A stretch of 64,000 nucleotides of DNA, taken from an uncultured Muribaculaceae bacterium (lineage in GTDB: Bacteria > Bacillota_I > Bacilli_A > RF39 > UBA660). The position numbers and the translations under genes were made by a program. The DNA is taken from contig CAYOYB010000001.1 of NCBI GenBank assembly GCA_964408085.1, positions 128,066 through 192,065 on the forward strand, given 5' to 3'. This document shows positions 24,661-34,415 of this stretch, in pieces. The notes under the pieces are model-generated. The model did no database searches and was not told the origin of the DNA. It worked only from the letters and a program-made list of their open reading frames with translations. Every line of letters starts with the position of its first letter. Within the stretch, counting starts at the first letter, position 1.

Positions 24661-25770
24661 ATGAATCAAGAAAAAATGGGGGAATTTATTGCAAAGCTAA
24701 GAAAAGAGAAAAAATGGACTCAAGAAGATTTGGCTCAAAAATTATTAGTTGATAGAACTATGGTATCAAAGTGGGAGAGAGGATTATACATTCCAAACGT
24801 AGAATATTTACTTCAATTACAAAAATTATTTGATGTAAGTATTAACGAAATTTTGTATGGTGAAAGAAAAAATTTAGATAATAATAATCAAATAGATGCG
24901 ATCCCTATTAATATAATGGCAGAAGATAGGAAAAAACTTAAAAAGTCTTTAATAGTTTTTAGTCTAATTATAGTTATATTATTAATTTCTTTCTTTGTCT
25001 ATTATTTTATAAATAATTATAATTCTATAAAAGTGTATAGAATTTATGGTGATGATAAAAATTTTTATATTAACGATGGTATTATGATTTTATCAAAAGA
25101 AAAGGGTTATATAAAAATTGGTAATATTGGCAAATATTCCGATGTAAAAATAACAAAAACAAGGTTATACTTTAAACAGGGGGATACAGAACACAATATT
25201 TTTGTTGGCGGAGAAAATGACACTGAAATATTATTGATAAATAAATTTAATTACAATGAATTATTTACATATAAAGATATTAAAAATATATTGAAAGGAT
25301 TATTTTTAGAAATAACAACTGATGAAGATAATAAATATATTCTTGATTTGACTATTTATAAAGATTTTGCTAATGATGCTATAATAAACAATCATAATAC
25401 TCCACCAATATCAGATGGTCAAAATAATAATTTACAATCTTCGGTTCCTGACTATATAGAAGAAAATTTTATATACAATCCTGATAAGGAAGAATATTCT
25501 AAAAATACTGTTAATGATAAATCCAATATTATTGAAACTTATTTTTTAAACTCAAATATGTATCTTGTTGTTATGTCAAATAAGGAATTAGAGCAACGCT
25601 TTGAACATTCGCTAAATGATGAAATTGTAAATTTTTATCTTTTTAAAGAAGGAAACATGGTGGATAATTTTAGTTATAATATGAAAACTAAAAACTGTGA
25701 ATATGGAAATTGTGATATTTCATCTATAGACAATTTTAAAGAAAATTATTTAAGCAAAATTTATAATTAA
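24661..25770 (+). CDS. membrane-bound XRE-family regulator (HTH - TM - extracytoplasmic domain)
   Basis: HTH_3 pattern LRKEKKWTQEDLAQKLLVDRTMVSKWERG. Single TM LIVFSLIIVILLISFFVYYFI. About 240-aa C-terminal domain of unknown type. Confidence 0.75.
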   Translation: MNQEKMGEFIAKLRKEKKWTQEDLAQKLLVDRTMVSKWERGLYIPNVEYLLQLQKLFDVSINEILYGERKNLDNNNQIDAIPINIMAEDRKKLKKSLIVFSLIIVILLISFFVYYFINNYNSIKVYRIYGDDKNFYINDGIMILSKEKGYIKIGNIGKYSDVKITKTRLYFKQGDTEHNIFVGGENDTEILLINKFNYNELFTYKDIKNILKGLFLEITTDEDNKYILDLTIYKDFANDAIINNHNTPPISDGQNNNLQSSVPDYIEENFIYNPDKEEYSKNTVNDKSNIIETYFLNSNMYLVVMSNKELEQRFEHSLNDEIVNFYLFKEGNMVDNFSYNMKTKNCEYGNCDISSIDNFKENYLSKIYN

Positions 25771-25877
25771 TTAAAAGGGTAAATACTTCGCATTAATAGA
25801 AAAAATAAAATGTGAAATATTTGCCCTTTATTTTTTATGCTCAATTATACTACAATGAAAGTGAAAGGAGAAATGCT

Positions 25878-26618
25878 ATGAAGTTAAAGATATTATTTTC
25901 ACTAATGTGTTGTATATCATTACTAAGTTTTACAAAAGTTTCTGCTTTAAGTAATGATACAATGTATGTCAATGATAATGGTATTGAACTGACAGAAAAA
26001 GAATTTCATTTCGTAAATGATTTTTATGGAGAAGATTTTTTTGAGAATATGACTTATGATGATTATATTTGGATTTCTGATCTTGATATAAATAATAGAG
26101 ATGTAGAAATCAAAACTATTTATAATTTTGATAATGGGATGATGAAGAGCCCTTCTTATTCTACAAATAGTAAAAAGTTATCTATTTCTAAAGCATGTTC
26201 TAGTTATGTTTGTACTATTATCACAAATTTAACTTGGTTAACTAATCCAACTGTTAGAAGCTATGATTTGATTGGCGTTAGATTCCATAACACAAGTTTA
26301 AATAATAATACTGTTACTACAAAAATAACCTCTAGTAAAGGAACTGAATATTCATCAAATAATAAATTTTTAGCAAATGGCTTTGGGACATCTGTTAAAT
26401 TACCAACTGATGCAACCAATATATCAGTTCAACAAAAACTATTTACTCAACCTGGTGGAATAGTATATGCAAGTTATCAACATGCAGTTAAAGATATTTC
26501 ATTGCAAACAAGTTTAAATTATACAATGGGTGTAGGTGGATATGGAAATGTTTTCTTATTCTACGGAGGAGTAGATAATTACTATGATGCAATGGGTGGA
26601 GTAAATATAGACCTATAA
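25878..26618 (+). CDS. secreted protein of unknown function
   Basis: ATG 25878 with AAAGGAGA upstream. Signal peptide MKLKILFSLMCCISLLSFTKVSA. Confidence 0.65.
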   Translation: MKLKILFSLMCCISLLSFTKVSALSNDTMYVNDNGIELTEKEFHFVNDFYGEDFFENMTYDDYIWISDLDINNRDVEIKTIYNFDNGMMKSPSYSTNSKKLSISKACSSYVCTIITNLTWLTNPTVRSYDLIGVRFHNTSLNNNTVTTKITSSKGTEYSSNNKFLANGFGTSVKLPTDATNISVQQKLFTQPGGIVYASYQHAVKDISLQTSLNYTMGVGGYGNVFLFYGGVDNYYDAMGGVNIDL

Positions 26619-26682
26619 TTTTGGTTAAAAGTATGCTAGTACAGGTGCTTTTAATATATATTTTTTAGAAAGGAAGGATAAA

Positions 26683-27969
26683 ATGAAACAAAAAATTATG
26701 TCGCTCTTTTTAGTTGCATTTGTGTTTATTTCTACAATGCCAATAGTTTCGGCAAGTGATTTAAATGGCTTACTTGAAAAAGAGCAAAATATTCAAAAAC
26801 CAGATATTACCGATGAAATTTTTGAAACAAAAGAATTCCAAGAATCAAGGGCAGAATATTTAAAAGAAGTATATGGTGAAAATTGGGAGGAACTTTATGA
26901 ACGTAATGCACAATCTGTTCAGAATGCTCAAAAAATAGAATCTAAGTTTCCAAGAACTTTCAGTGGGGATATTATGTATCCTAATTATATTGGTGGCTTA
27001 TATATAAATGATGATGATCGTTTAGTTATTCAGATTGTTGATGAAGTTGTACCTAGTACAAAATCAAGAGCACGAAAATTATATAATGACGTATTAGCTG
27101 TTGATGAAGATGCAGTTATTGAAAATGTAAAATATTCATATTCAGAAATAATTGCACTTAATAATCAAATGGAAGATTTATTTTTAGAAGACAAATTACC
27201 TAGTTCCGTAAGTGCCTTTTATATGAATGTTAGTAATAATAGAATTGTAGTAGAGTTATCAGATTATTCTGAAAAAGAAATTGAAAACTTTAAAAATACT
27301 TCATTTGATTCACCTATCATTACTTTTAAAGAAGCTGGTGGAACTGCTGTTACCATTGATGCAGGAGCTCCAAATGGAGCAGGTGGTTCTGTTGGATATA
27401 GAGCTAGAAAAGGAACATCTGGTGAAGGTTTTGTTACACACGGACACGGTTTAAGAAAAGGTAATGAAATATCAGGTATTGGTGTGGTAAGAGAACAAAA
27501 TTTTGGTGGAAATGTTGATGCCTCTTGGGTAGATACAAATGGTTATTCTGCAACACCAACAAATAATTGGCATTCTTATGCACCATATATAATGCCAACA
27601 TTATATTTATCAACTTCTGTTAAGACTAGTTTCTATGAAGGTGAGCGTGTAGGAAAAATTGGTTCAAGATCAGGACATAGAACAGGAAAAATTACTAACG
27701 TAAGTTGGTCAGGAAATGTTAGAGAATATGATGGTGCACCAGAAACAAAATTTACAAAAATGGTTGGAACTGATGTTTATCAAGAAGTTGGTGATAGTGG
27801 TGGAATAGTTTACTACACATTAAAATTAAGCAGTGCTTTACCAAATCCAGACGGTTCTACTGAAGCACACATGACAGCAGGAATTGCTGTATTCAAAACT
27901 AACGGTAATAACATGGTATTTACTAGAGCAGATTATATTAATTCTAAATTTGGATTATCAAGGTATTAG
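26683..27969 (+). CDS. secreted chymotrypsin-fold (S1, alpha-lytic/streptogrisin-like) serine protease with pro-region
   Basis: Signal peptide ...MPIVSA. Pro-domain-like IGGLYINDDDRLVIQIVDE. Catalytic VTHGHG and GDSGG. Confidence 0.7.
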   Translation: MKQKIMSLFLVAFVFISTMPIVSASDLNGLLEKEQNIQKPDITDEIFETKEFQESRAEYLKEVYGENWEELYERNAQSVQNAQKIESKFPRTFSGDIMYPNYIGGLYINDDDRLVIQIVDEVVPSTKSRARKLYNDVLAVDEDAVIENVKYSYSEIIALNNQMEDLFLEDKLPSSVSAFYMNVSNNRIVVELSDYSEKEIENFKNTSFDSPIITFKEAGGTAVTIDAGAPNGAGGSVGYRARKGTSGEGFVTHGHGLRKGNEISGIGVVREQNFGGNVDASWVDTNGYSATPTNNWHSYAPYIMPTLYLSTSVKTSFYEGERVGKIGSRSGHRTGKITNVSWSGNVREYDGAPETKFTKMVGTDVYQEVGDSGGIVYYTLKLSSALPNPDGSTEAHMTAGIAVFKTNGNNMVFTRADYINSKFGLSRY

Positions 27970-27986
27970 TAAATATAAGAAACTAG

Positions 27987-28033
27987 AAATTTTGGCTCTA
28001 GATTATCTAGAACCAAAATTTTAGTTTGTTTTT
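27987..28033 (+). terminator. strong rho-independent terminator
   Basis: 15-bp stem with one mismatch (aaattttggctctag / ctagaaccaaaattt), 5-nt loop, T-rich tail. Confidence 0.75.
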
Positions 28034-28166
28034 ATAACAGTAATATTATATATTAGAAATGTCAAAATAGTAGTATATTAATATTTTAAGAATTATAGAA
28101 AGTAATACATAGAATTATGCAGAATTTTATTAATTAGGGTATAATATAAATGTAAGGAGAAAATTA

Positions 28167-28595
28167 ATGAGGACAAAGTTTATTATAATTTTATTGCTTA
28201 GTGTATGTTTTATAGTAAGTGGTTGTAGTTTGAAAAATGATAATAAGAACGGAGATGAAAAATCAATTATGATAAGTGAAGAAAAAATAAAAAGCATTTC
28301 AAAAGGTGAAAAAATAGTTATTGAGAATTTTAGAAATAATAATGAAGTTAAAAAAACTATTTTAGACAAAAATGAAATAGGAGAAATATTAAATATTTTA
28401 TCCCATGGGGTTGAAGAAAATGGTGTAGTAACATCAGAAAGTTGCAATTGGAAATTTCTTATATATGACGACAATGATAGTTTGATATCAACTGTTTGGA
28501 TATGGGAAAGTGGTCATTTTGGTTTTAAAAATGACAAAGAGTATAGATTTCATACAGGAGATACGAAAATTTTAAAAGAAATAATAGAGAAATAA
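28167..28595 (+). CDS. lipoprotein of unknown function
   Basis: Lipobox FIVSGCS. AAGGAGA RBS. Confidence 0.7.
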   Translation: MRTKFIIILLLSVCFIVSGCSLKNDNKNGDEKSIMISEEKIKSISKGEKIVIENFRNNNEVKKTILDKNEIGEILNILSHGVEENGVVTSESCNWKFLIYDDNDSLISTVWIWESGHFGFKNDKEYRFHTGDTKILKEIIEK

Positions 28596-28836
28596 TAAAA
28601 AATGATATAATTTTTTCTTCAATTTTTTGAATTCGCTTTTGTGTTTATTAAAGTTCAAAAATAATTAGTATTACAAAATTATAAGCAATATACATTAAGT
28701 AGTTCTGACATTAGCAAATATGATTATGTTTTTCCAAATACTGATCAAAGTAATGAATTAGAAATCAAAAAATATGAAGAATTGAAAAAGAGCATAATTA
28801 ATTATGCTAGAAATTAATTGATTAGTTGATTTTTGA

Positions 28837-28875
28837 ATCTAGTAGATAGTAAAGAAAAACTACTAGATTTTTATT
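28837..28875 (+). terminator. orphan terminator in a 400-bp non-coding stretch
   Basis: atctagtag ... ctactagat 9-bp stem followed by TTTTTATTT. Confidence 0.5.
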
Positions 28876-28995
28876 TCAGCATGTTATTAAGAAAAATTTT
28901 AAATTTACACATATTATTGTATACAAAGGTTGAAATCTTATATAAAAAAATAGTCCTGTACTAGCGACTATTGCTTCAAAATAAATATTTATATT

Positions 28996-30135
28996 TTATA
29001 ACAATTTTTTTATAAGTTCTTCTATCTTTTCCTTAGATAATGGTTTTTGAACATATCCATCAAATCCATACCGTTTTATAAATATATTATTGTTATTGCT
29101 ATCTCCAGTAACTATAATAACTGGTAGATTGAAACCTGGCATATTTTTTAATTCTGATATTAACTCTGTCCCATTCATATTTGGCATCTGATTATCTGTA
29201 ATAATTATATCGTAATCATCATAATTTTTTGATATAGCTTCAATACATTCTTCAGCACTAAAAACCATATCAGAATCAACATTAATTGTATTTAAAACCT
29301 CTTGATTCATTTTAGCAGTTGGTTTATTATCATCGACAATTAATGCCTTATACTTTTTCTTTTTCTTTTTAACTCTTTTAACTGAAAGATTTATTATCAT
29401 ATCACATTGTTTATTATTTTCGAAATGAATATCATTAGCAATTCTAAGTAAATTCTGACGAATTATCATAAAGCATGGATCAATTTTAGAATCGATAATT
29501 TCGGGGCTTATATCTTCAATATTTAAAAGTGAGCATATATTTTCCATCTGTTCTTTTGTATCCCCAAATACTACATTATGGATTCTAATTTCAATAATTG
29601 CATTAGATCTAACACTGTTTTTATTACTAACAGAGATTTTTATAATATCCTTTCTATTATTTTCAATTAATTTAAGAATTATCAATCTTAGAGCAGATAA
29701 TAATTTGTTTTTATCACATATATATTGTTCTTCTATATCTTTAAAAATTAATTCAATATCCTTCTTTTTGGATATTTCTGAAGAAATATTTTTAATTAGT
29801 TTTTCTAATTCTTCTTTCAAATTTACTTTTTCTTCTATTGCTATAACTTCATCATTTATAATGACATCGATATTATTAAAATCCTGTTTTAATAGATTTA
29901 ATGTATTTTTATAATCTAAACTATTTGTTTTTTCTAAATTTTCTAATTGTATGGCTGCATCATTAATAATTTGTTTTATAGCATTTTCCTCAACAAAATT
30001 TCTCTTATACATATATTCAAAGTCAGCACTAATCAAATTTTTCAATTTTGTAATTTTACTAATTTGTCTTTTTGATAATAATAATACTATTACAATTACT
30101 ATAATACAACCACTACAAAATACTATATACCACAT
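28996..30135 (-). CDS. membrane-anchored protein with C-terminal receiver (REC) domain and a degenerate kinase-like middle region
   Basis: N-terminal TM. C-terminal REC: ALIVDDN, IIITDNQMPNMNG (acceptor Asp), VIIVTG, YVQKP. No clear H-box or G-boxes seen. Confidence 0.7.
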   Translation of the reverse strand: MWYIVFCSGCIIVIVIVLLLSKRQISKITKLKNLISADFEYMYKRNFVEENAIKQIINDAAIQLENLEKTNSLDYKNTLNLLKQDFNNIDVIINDEVIAIEEKVNLKEELEKLIKNISSEISKKKDIELIFKDIEEQYICDKNKLLSALRLIILKLIENNRKDIIKISVSNKNSVRSNAIIEIRIHNVVFGDTKEQMENICSLLNIEDISPEIIDSKIDPCFMIIRQNLLRIANDIHFENNKQCDMIINLSVKRVKKKKKKYKALIVDDNKPTAKMNQEVLNTINVDSDMVFSAEECIEAISKNYDDYDIIITDNQMPNMNGTELISELKNMPGFNLPVIIVTGDSNNNNIFIKRYGFDGYVQKPLSKEKIEELIKKLL

Positions 30136-30149
30136 TTTTTCCCTCTTTC

Positions 30150-30722
30150 CTATTTATTTTTTATGATATTATTTTCTTTTATAATTAAAGGATTTACTTG
30201 CTCTATTACATATCCAAAATTTTCTATTGCATCTTGTAAGCATAAAACTAACGCCTTTGCATCTACACTATCATGATGATCTGGATATAAAATAGGCATA
30301 CTATGAGATAAAATTTCAGGTAATCCTAAATTTTTAATTTCATTTGTTTTATTCATTTCTATTAATAGCAATGCAAATTTAGTTGCTGCTATCTTGGGAT
30401 TTTTACTTTGCCTTTTATTTAAACAATAAGAAACATAATTAGAAATATGTCTTAATTCACATTCTTCCTGTGTTACAAATACATATTCGTTAAGTGGATC
30501 AATTCTTAAATTATCTGGTTTATAAAATAAAACATAAGAAATAATATCTATTACATAATATTGATATTCCTGTTTCAAATATTTTCTTACTATCTCCTCA
30601 AAAGACATATTAAATTTTACTTTTTTACTATATTCTTTTAAAAGAATTTCTGATATCCTCCTAGCTTCAGTTTTTAAATCATTATTAAAACTAGAGAATA
30701 AAGTTGATTTTATCTTTACCAC
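30150..30722 (-). CDS. hypothetical protein, upstream partner of the REC protein
   Basis: Same strand, 14-nt gap to the REC gene. No motif recognised. Confidence 0.5.
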   Translation of the reverse strand: MVKIKSTLFSSFNNDLKTEARRISEILLKEYSKKVKFNMSFEEIVRKYLKQEYQYYVIDIISYVLFYKPDNLRIDPLNEYVFVTQEECELRHISNYVSYCLNKRQSKNPKIAATKFALLLIEMNKTNEIKNLGLPEILSHSMPILYPDHHDSVDAKALVLCLQDAIENFGYVIEQVNPLIIKENNIIKNK

Positions 30723-30900
30723 CTCATTACTAATATTTTATTGCAACGATATAAAAATTTATAAACATTATTTACTTCAGATTCCTTTTATTATCCGTTG
30801 TTAAAGTCGTATCTCGTTGTGACGTTCATTGTATATAATAGCCATATACTGTAAATTATTAATAGTAGAACTAGTTAAAATGCTAAGGGGGGTGAGCCAA

Positions 30901-31212
30901 ATGTCAACTATTGATATATTCTCGCAAAATTTAAGATATTACAGATTAGAATATAATAACAACGGAAAAATTACTAACGTAGATGACATAGGGCTTTCAC
31001 AAGAAAAATTAGCAGAATTAACCGATTTTACGACGCATTACATTAGTGATTTAGAACGTGGAAGATATGGTGCTACATTTGAAACCTTAGACACCCTATC
31101 CGAAATATTACAAATTCCAGTATACAAGTTTTTCATTCAAAATCCTAAGGCAATAGGACTTCCTGAAAGACTAGATATTTATAGGAAAATGAAACGAAAT
31201 AAATCACATTAA
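30901..31212 (+). CDS. XRE-family HTH regulator
   Basis: ATG 30901 (GGGGGGTGAG upstream). LSQEKLAELTDFTTHYISDLERG HTH_3 pattern. Confidence 0.7.
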   Translation: MSTIDIFSQNLRYYRLEYNNNGKITNVDDIGLSQEKLAELTDFTTHYISDLERGRYGATFETLDTLSEILQIPVYKFFIQNPKAIGLPERLDIYRKMKRNKSH

Positions 31213-31283
31213 ATTATCAAATAATTCTCAAAAGAAAAGTAGTTAATCAGATCTCGCCAAAGATAATTTAATTACTTTTTTTT

Positions 31284-31724
31284 TTAGAACTCAAATTTAT
31301 TTTTTATTTCTAGTACATCATGCAAGTTATTACGCTTATAAAAATAAATTATACATCCTATGTTTTCTCCTCTATATATGCGTTTTGCTTTAATTGCTTT
31401 ATAGAAATATACACCTCTAATACGCTTATGGTTAATTATTTCGAGAAAAACGGAACATGACTCACTAAGATGTTTATCGTCAACTATTTTTTTTAAATTA
31501 TCGGATATATTAAAATTTAAATATGGCTTTACCCTTGTACCACAGGCAAAGATAATTTTTTCTTTATTGGTAATAATACACTCGATTTTTTTACTTGTTA
31601 AGTATTTAGAAAATCTCTTAACAATTTCATCATCTGAAATTAGATTTGCCTTTAAATCTTTTTTTATTGTTGCAACTAATTTTTTTGCATCAGCTTTGCT
31701 AAATGCAATTTTTTTAATTTTCAT
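31284..31724 (-). CDS. hypothetical protein
   Basis: ORF track 31284..31739. ATG 31724 overlaps (ATGA) the stop of a 13-codon upstream ORF that has a perfect SD. Confidence 0.5.
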   Translation of the reverse strand: MKIKKIAFSKADAKKLVATIKKDLKANLISDDEIVKRFSKYLTSKKIECIITNKEKIIFACGTRVKPYLNFNISDNLKKIVDDKHLSESCSVFLEIINHKRIRGVYFYKAIKAKRIYRGENIGCIIYFYKRNNLHDVLEIKNKFEF

Positions 31725-31908
31725 TTTTTTATCTTGCAAATGTTACAACTAATACCTTTCACTTTTTCCTCCTTTCATTCGTAATCGATACTGCATGACT
31801 ACTTTATAAGTATAACACATTTTTTCATTATTTCGTAGCATAATTGCTAGTTTTGCCCTAGCAGTATTTATTTATCAATTTTTATACAATATTTATAGGA
31901 GGTATAAA

Positions 31909-32175
31909 ATGCGAGATATATACGAATTATTTGATTTAATTGGTCAAAATATGAAATCGATAAGATTAGACTTAATAAAAAAATCCCAAGAAAAAGTTGC
32001 TGATGATATTGATATGAGTAGAGGATTTTTATCTCAAATCGAAAGCCCAAATGTTCAGACTGGAGTTTCTCTTGATACCTTATTCATTCTCTCACAAAAA
32101 TATAATTTTGATATTAGAGAGTTTTTTTATGGGTATGAAAAATTGCTAGTTCAAGATAAGAAAAAAGATGATTAA
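31909..32175 (+). CDS. XRE-family HTH regulator
   Basis: SQEKVADDIDMSRGFLSQIES HTH_3-like. The 3' end lies in the palindromic terminator aaaaaagatgat-taa-tcatctttttt. Confidence 0.65.
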   Translation: MRDIYELFDLIGQNMKSIRLDLIKKSQEKVADDIDMSRGFLSQIESPNVQTGVSLDTLFILSQKYNFDIREFFYGYEKLLVQDKKKDD

Positions 32176-32366
32176 TCATCTTTTTTCTTATCCTAAACAG
32201 TTATAAATCAAATTTTGGGCATTTATTCGCATCTTTTGTCGAATCATAGTAGATTATTTAATGCTTTTATGATAAAATAACATTAGCTTGGTAAATATTG
32301 TTAGGCAGTATTTTACAATATATCAAGCAATATTGTGTAAGAGCATTGCTTGAAGGGAGAAATAAA

Positions 32367-32783
32367 ATGAAGAAAGTAAAATATTTCCTAGCACTATTTT
32401 GTGCAACATTTATAATTGGAGGAACAAATTTAGTGTCTGCGTATACTACAGCACCTTCACTAAATGGGTTAAAGGCAGATTTTTTAGGAGATCCTCATTA
32501 TACAAGTAGTTATACAAAAACAACATGGAGTGGTCAACAAGTTCAAGTTGTAAAGACAACAGGTAACAGAGAAGTTCAATTAGCAGAATTTACAGAAGAC
32601 AATAAAGCTGTTAGTGGCTATGTTTGGATTGTGTTTAAGACAGGCGTAACTAAAGATTGGTCAGATTCAGCTTATCAAATTCCAACAGAAGTTTCTGGTT
32701 CAAAATATAAAATTGGTGCTAAATTAGCATTACCATGGGTTCAAACAAAAGTTGAAACAGGGACTTGGGTTCTAGATTTCTAA
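32367..32783 (+). CDS. small secreted protein of unknown function
   Basis: ATG 32367 (GGGAGA upstream). Signal peptide MKKVKYFLALFCATFIIGGTNLVSA. Cys-free, Trp/Thr/Lys-rich mature part. Confidence 0.65.
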   Translation: MKKVKYFLALFCATFIIGGTNLVSAYTTAPSLNGLKADFLGDPHYTSSYTKTTWSGQQVQVVKTTGNREVQLAEFTEDNKAVSGYVWIVFKTGVTKDWSDSAYQIPTEVSGSKYKIGAKLALPWVQTKVETGTWVLDF

Positions 32784-32844
32784 AAATATAAAATAATAGC
32801 AATGCTCTTATGCTAATTTGTTTTATATGAATTTTGGAGGAAAT

Positions 32845-33690
32845 ATGAAGAAGATAATAAATAAAAAAAATATATATTTCTTAACCTCTATATTAATATT
32901 TGTAATTATATTATCAATAGTATTTCATTTTTATAAATATTCAGAAACAGAATGGCTTAAACATTTTGATAATACTTCGGGATTAGATCAAATAAGTAAT
33001 TTTTCTTTTTGGTGGTACATAGGTACTTATGGATTAATTGGTACCTTAATATATATATATCCTATAATTTTAGTAGTATTATCTTGTAATAGTTTTTATA
33101 AAATATATAGAAGTGGTTTTTTTCAAAATATTATATCGAGAGTCGGTTATAAAAAAACTATTATATTAGAGATAATAAAATCTTGGATTTATTCATTAAT
33201 ATTACCATTAACATCTTTTATTTCATTTATTATATGTAAATTTTGTTATCCCAATTCAACAATTACAAAATATGTAAATGCAGATGGTTATCCATTTCAA
33301 CTTGTTAATGATTTTATGGAAAATATGAATCCATATTTGTTTATGGTTATATATTTTATATTATTAGTCATATTTGGCATTATAATCATAAACATAGGAC
33401 TATGCTTTATAAAATTAGTAAAGAAATTTTATTTAGTAGTATTAGGTTCGTTTATTACATTTATTTTTATAGAAAATGTTAATAATTTGTTATTAGCCCC
33501 TTTAGTAGCTAATATAACAGGAATAGAAAAGATGATGAATGGTTTTTCTCTATATAATATATATTATTTAAATTCATGTCCTAGTTTTATTTGGGAAATA
33601 ATATTTAGTATAGTTTTGTTGATTGTTTCATCAATAGTTGTAGTAAAATTGTATTCTAAAAAAGAACAGGTGATTTTGGATTATGAATAG
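32845..33690 (+). CDS. polytopic membrane protein (putative ABC-2-type permease component 1)
   Basis: ATG 32845 (GGAGG upstream). About 6 TM. Overlaps the next ORF by 8 nt. Confidence 0.6.
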   Translation: MKKIINKKNIYFLTSILIFVIILSIVFHFYKYSETEWLKHFDNTSGLDQISNFSFWWYIGTYGLIGTLIYIYPIILVVLSCNSFYKIYRSGFFQNIISRVGYKKTIILEIIKSWIYSLILPLTSFISFIICKFCYPNSTITKYVNADGYPFQLVNDFMENMNPYLFMVIYFILLVIFGIIIINIGLCFIKLVKKFYLVVLGSFITFIFIENVNNLLLAPLVANITGIEKMMNGFSLYNIYYLNSCPSFIWEIIFSIVLLIVSSIVVVKLYSKKEQVILDYE

Positions 33691-34414
33691 CAAACAGATT
33701 GTTAAAAATATATTAAAAGATTACTATAATACATTTGCATTTAAGTTTTTAATTATATATATTATATTTGGTATTTTGGTTTTTTCATTTTCTAATACTG
33801 AATTATCGTATATAAATATGATTTATTATGTCATGGGGCATCCATATTTAATTGCTTTTTTTCTAACACCAGTTTCTATATTTGCTACATTTCAAATATT
33901 AAATAGTGCTAGTGAAAATAAAAATATACTTATAAGATTCAAAAATAGGAAACAGTTATTACAATTTCAATTAAACTTAATATTGAAAAATGTAATATTT
34001 ATATTTGCTACTTTTTTATTTATTACTATATTATTTGCAAATCTTTTTTCAGATAGAAATCATTTTATATTACAAGATCCCTATTATCCAGAAATAAATA
34101 ATGTAATAGGATTAATATTTTTATTAATAAAGTTATTAATTTTTGTTCTTTCTATAACTATTATTAATATGTCTATTATAAAGATTACTAAACAAAAAAA
34201 GATTTTAATAATTAATCTTCTAACATTAATTTCTTTTTTAGGGTATATTCCAGAACAAATTTCTATCTTATTTCCTGCACATTATATAGGGTATTCATAT
34301 CATTTCACTACATTTATTTCCAATATAATTTTTTCTAGTATATATTTATTAAGTGTATTAATTATAGCATGTATATATTATAAATATAAGTGTATACAAA
34401 AGGAGTATAAATAG
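33683..34414 (+). CDS. polytopic membrane protein (putative permease component 2)
   Basis: About 6 TM. Operonic overlap or abutment on both sides. Confidence 0.6.
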   Translation: MNSKQIVKNILKDYYNTFAFKFLIIYIIFGILVFSFSNTELSYINMIYYVMGHPYLIAFFLTPVSIFATFQILNSASENKNILIRFKNRKQLLQFQLNLILKNVIFIFATFLFITILFANLFSDRNHFILQDPYYPEINNVIGLIFLLIKLLIFVLSITIINMSIIKITKQKKILIINLLTLISFLGYIPEQISILFPAHYIGYSYHFTTFISNIIFSSIYLLSVLIIACIYYKYKCIQKEYK

Positions 34415-34415
34415 A

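Noticed and set aside
28130-28474. 114-aa minus-strand ORF
   Set aside because: It is antisense to the lipoprotein gene 28167-28595, which has an RBS and a lipobox. It is a shadow ORF. The same reasoning applies to other antisense track entries (7641..7880, 8570..8788, 9456..9665, 19377..19571, 20505..20827, 22554..22763, 23387..23572, 29705..30166, 31567..31752, 31868..32050, 35061..35315, 38927..39169, 40860..41072, 42401..42694, 44776..45024, 47123..47380, 48304..48507, 50432..50620, 52990..53232, 53699..53923, 54256..54465, 56285..56603, 58492..58986). Same-strand out-of-frame entries (48861..49052, 52978..53175) are rejected likewise.
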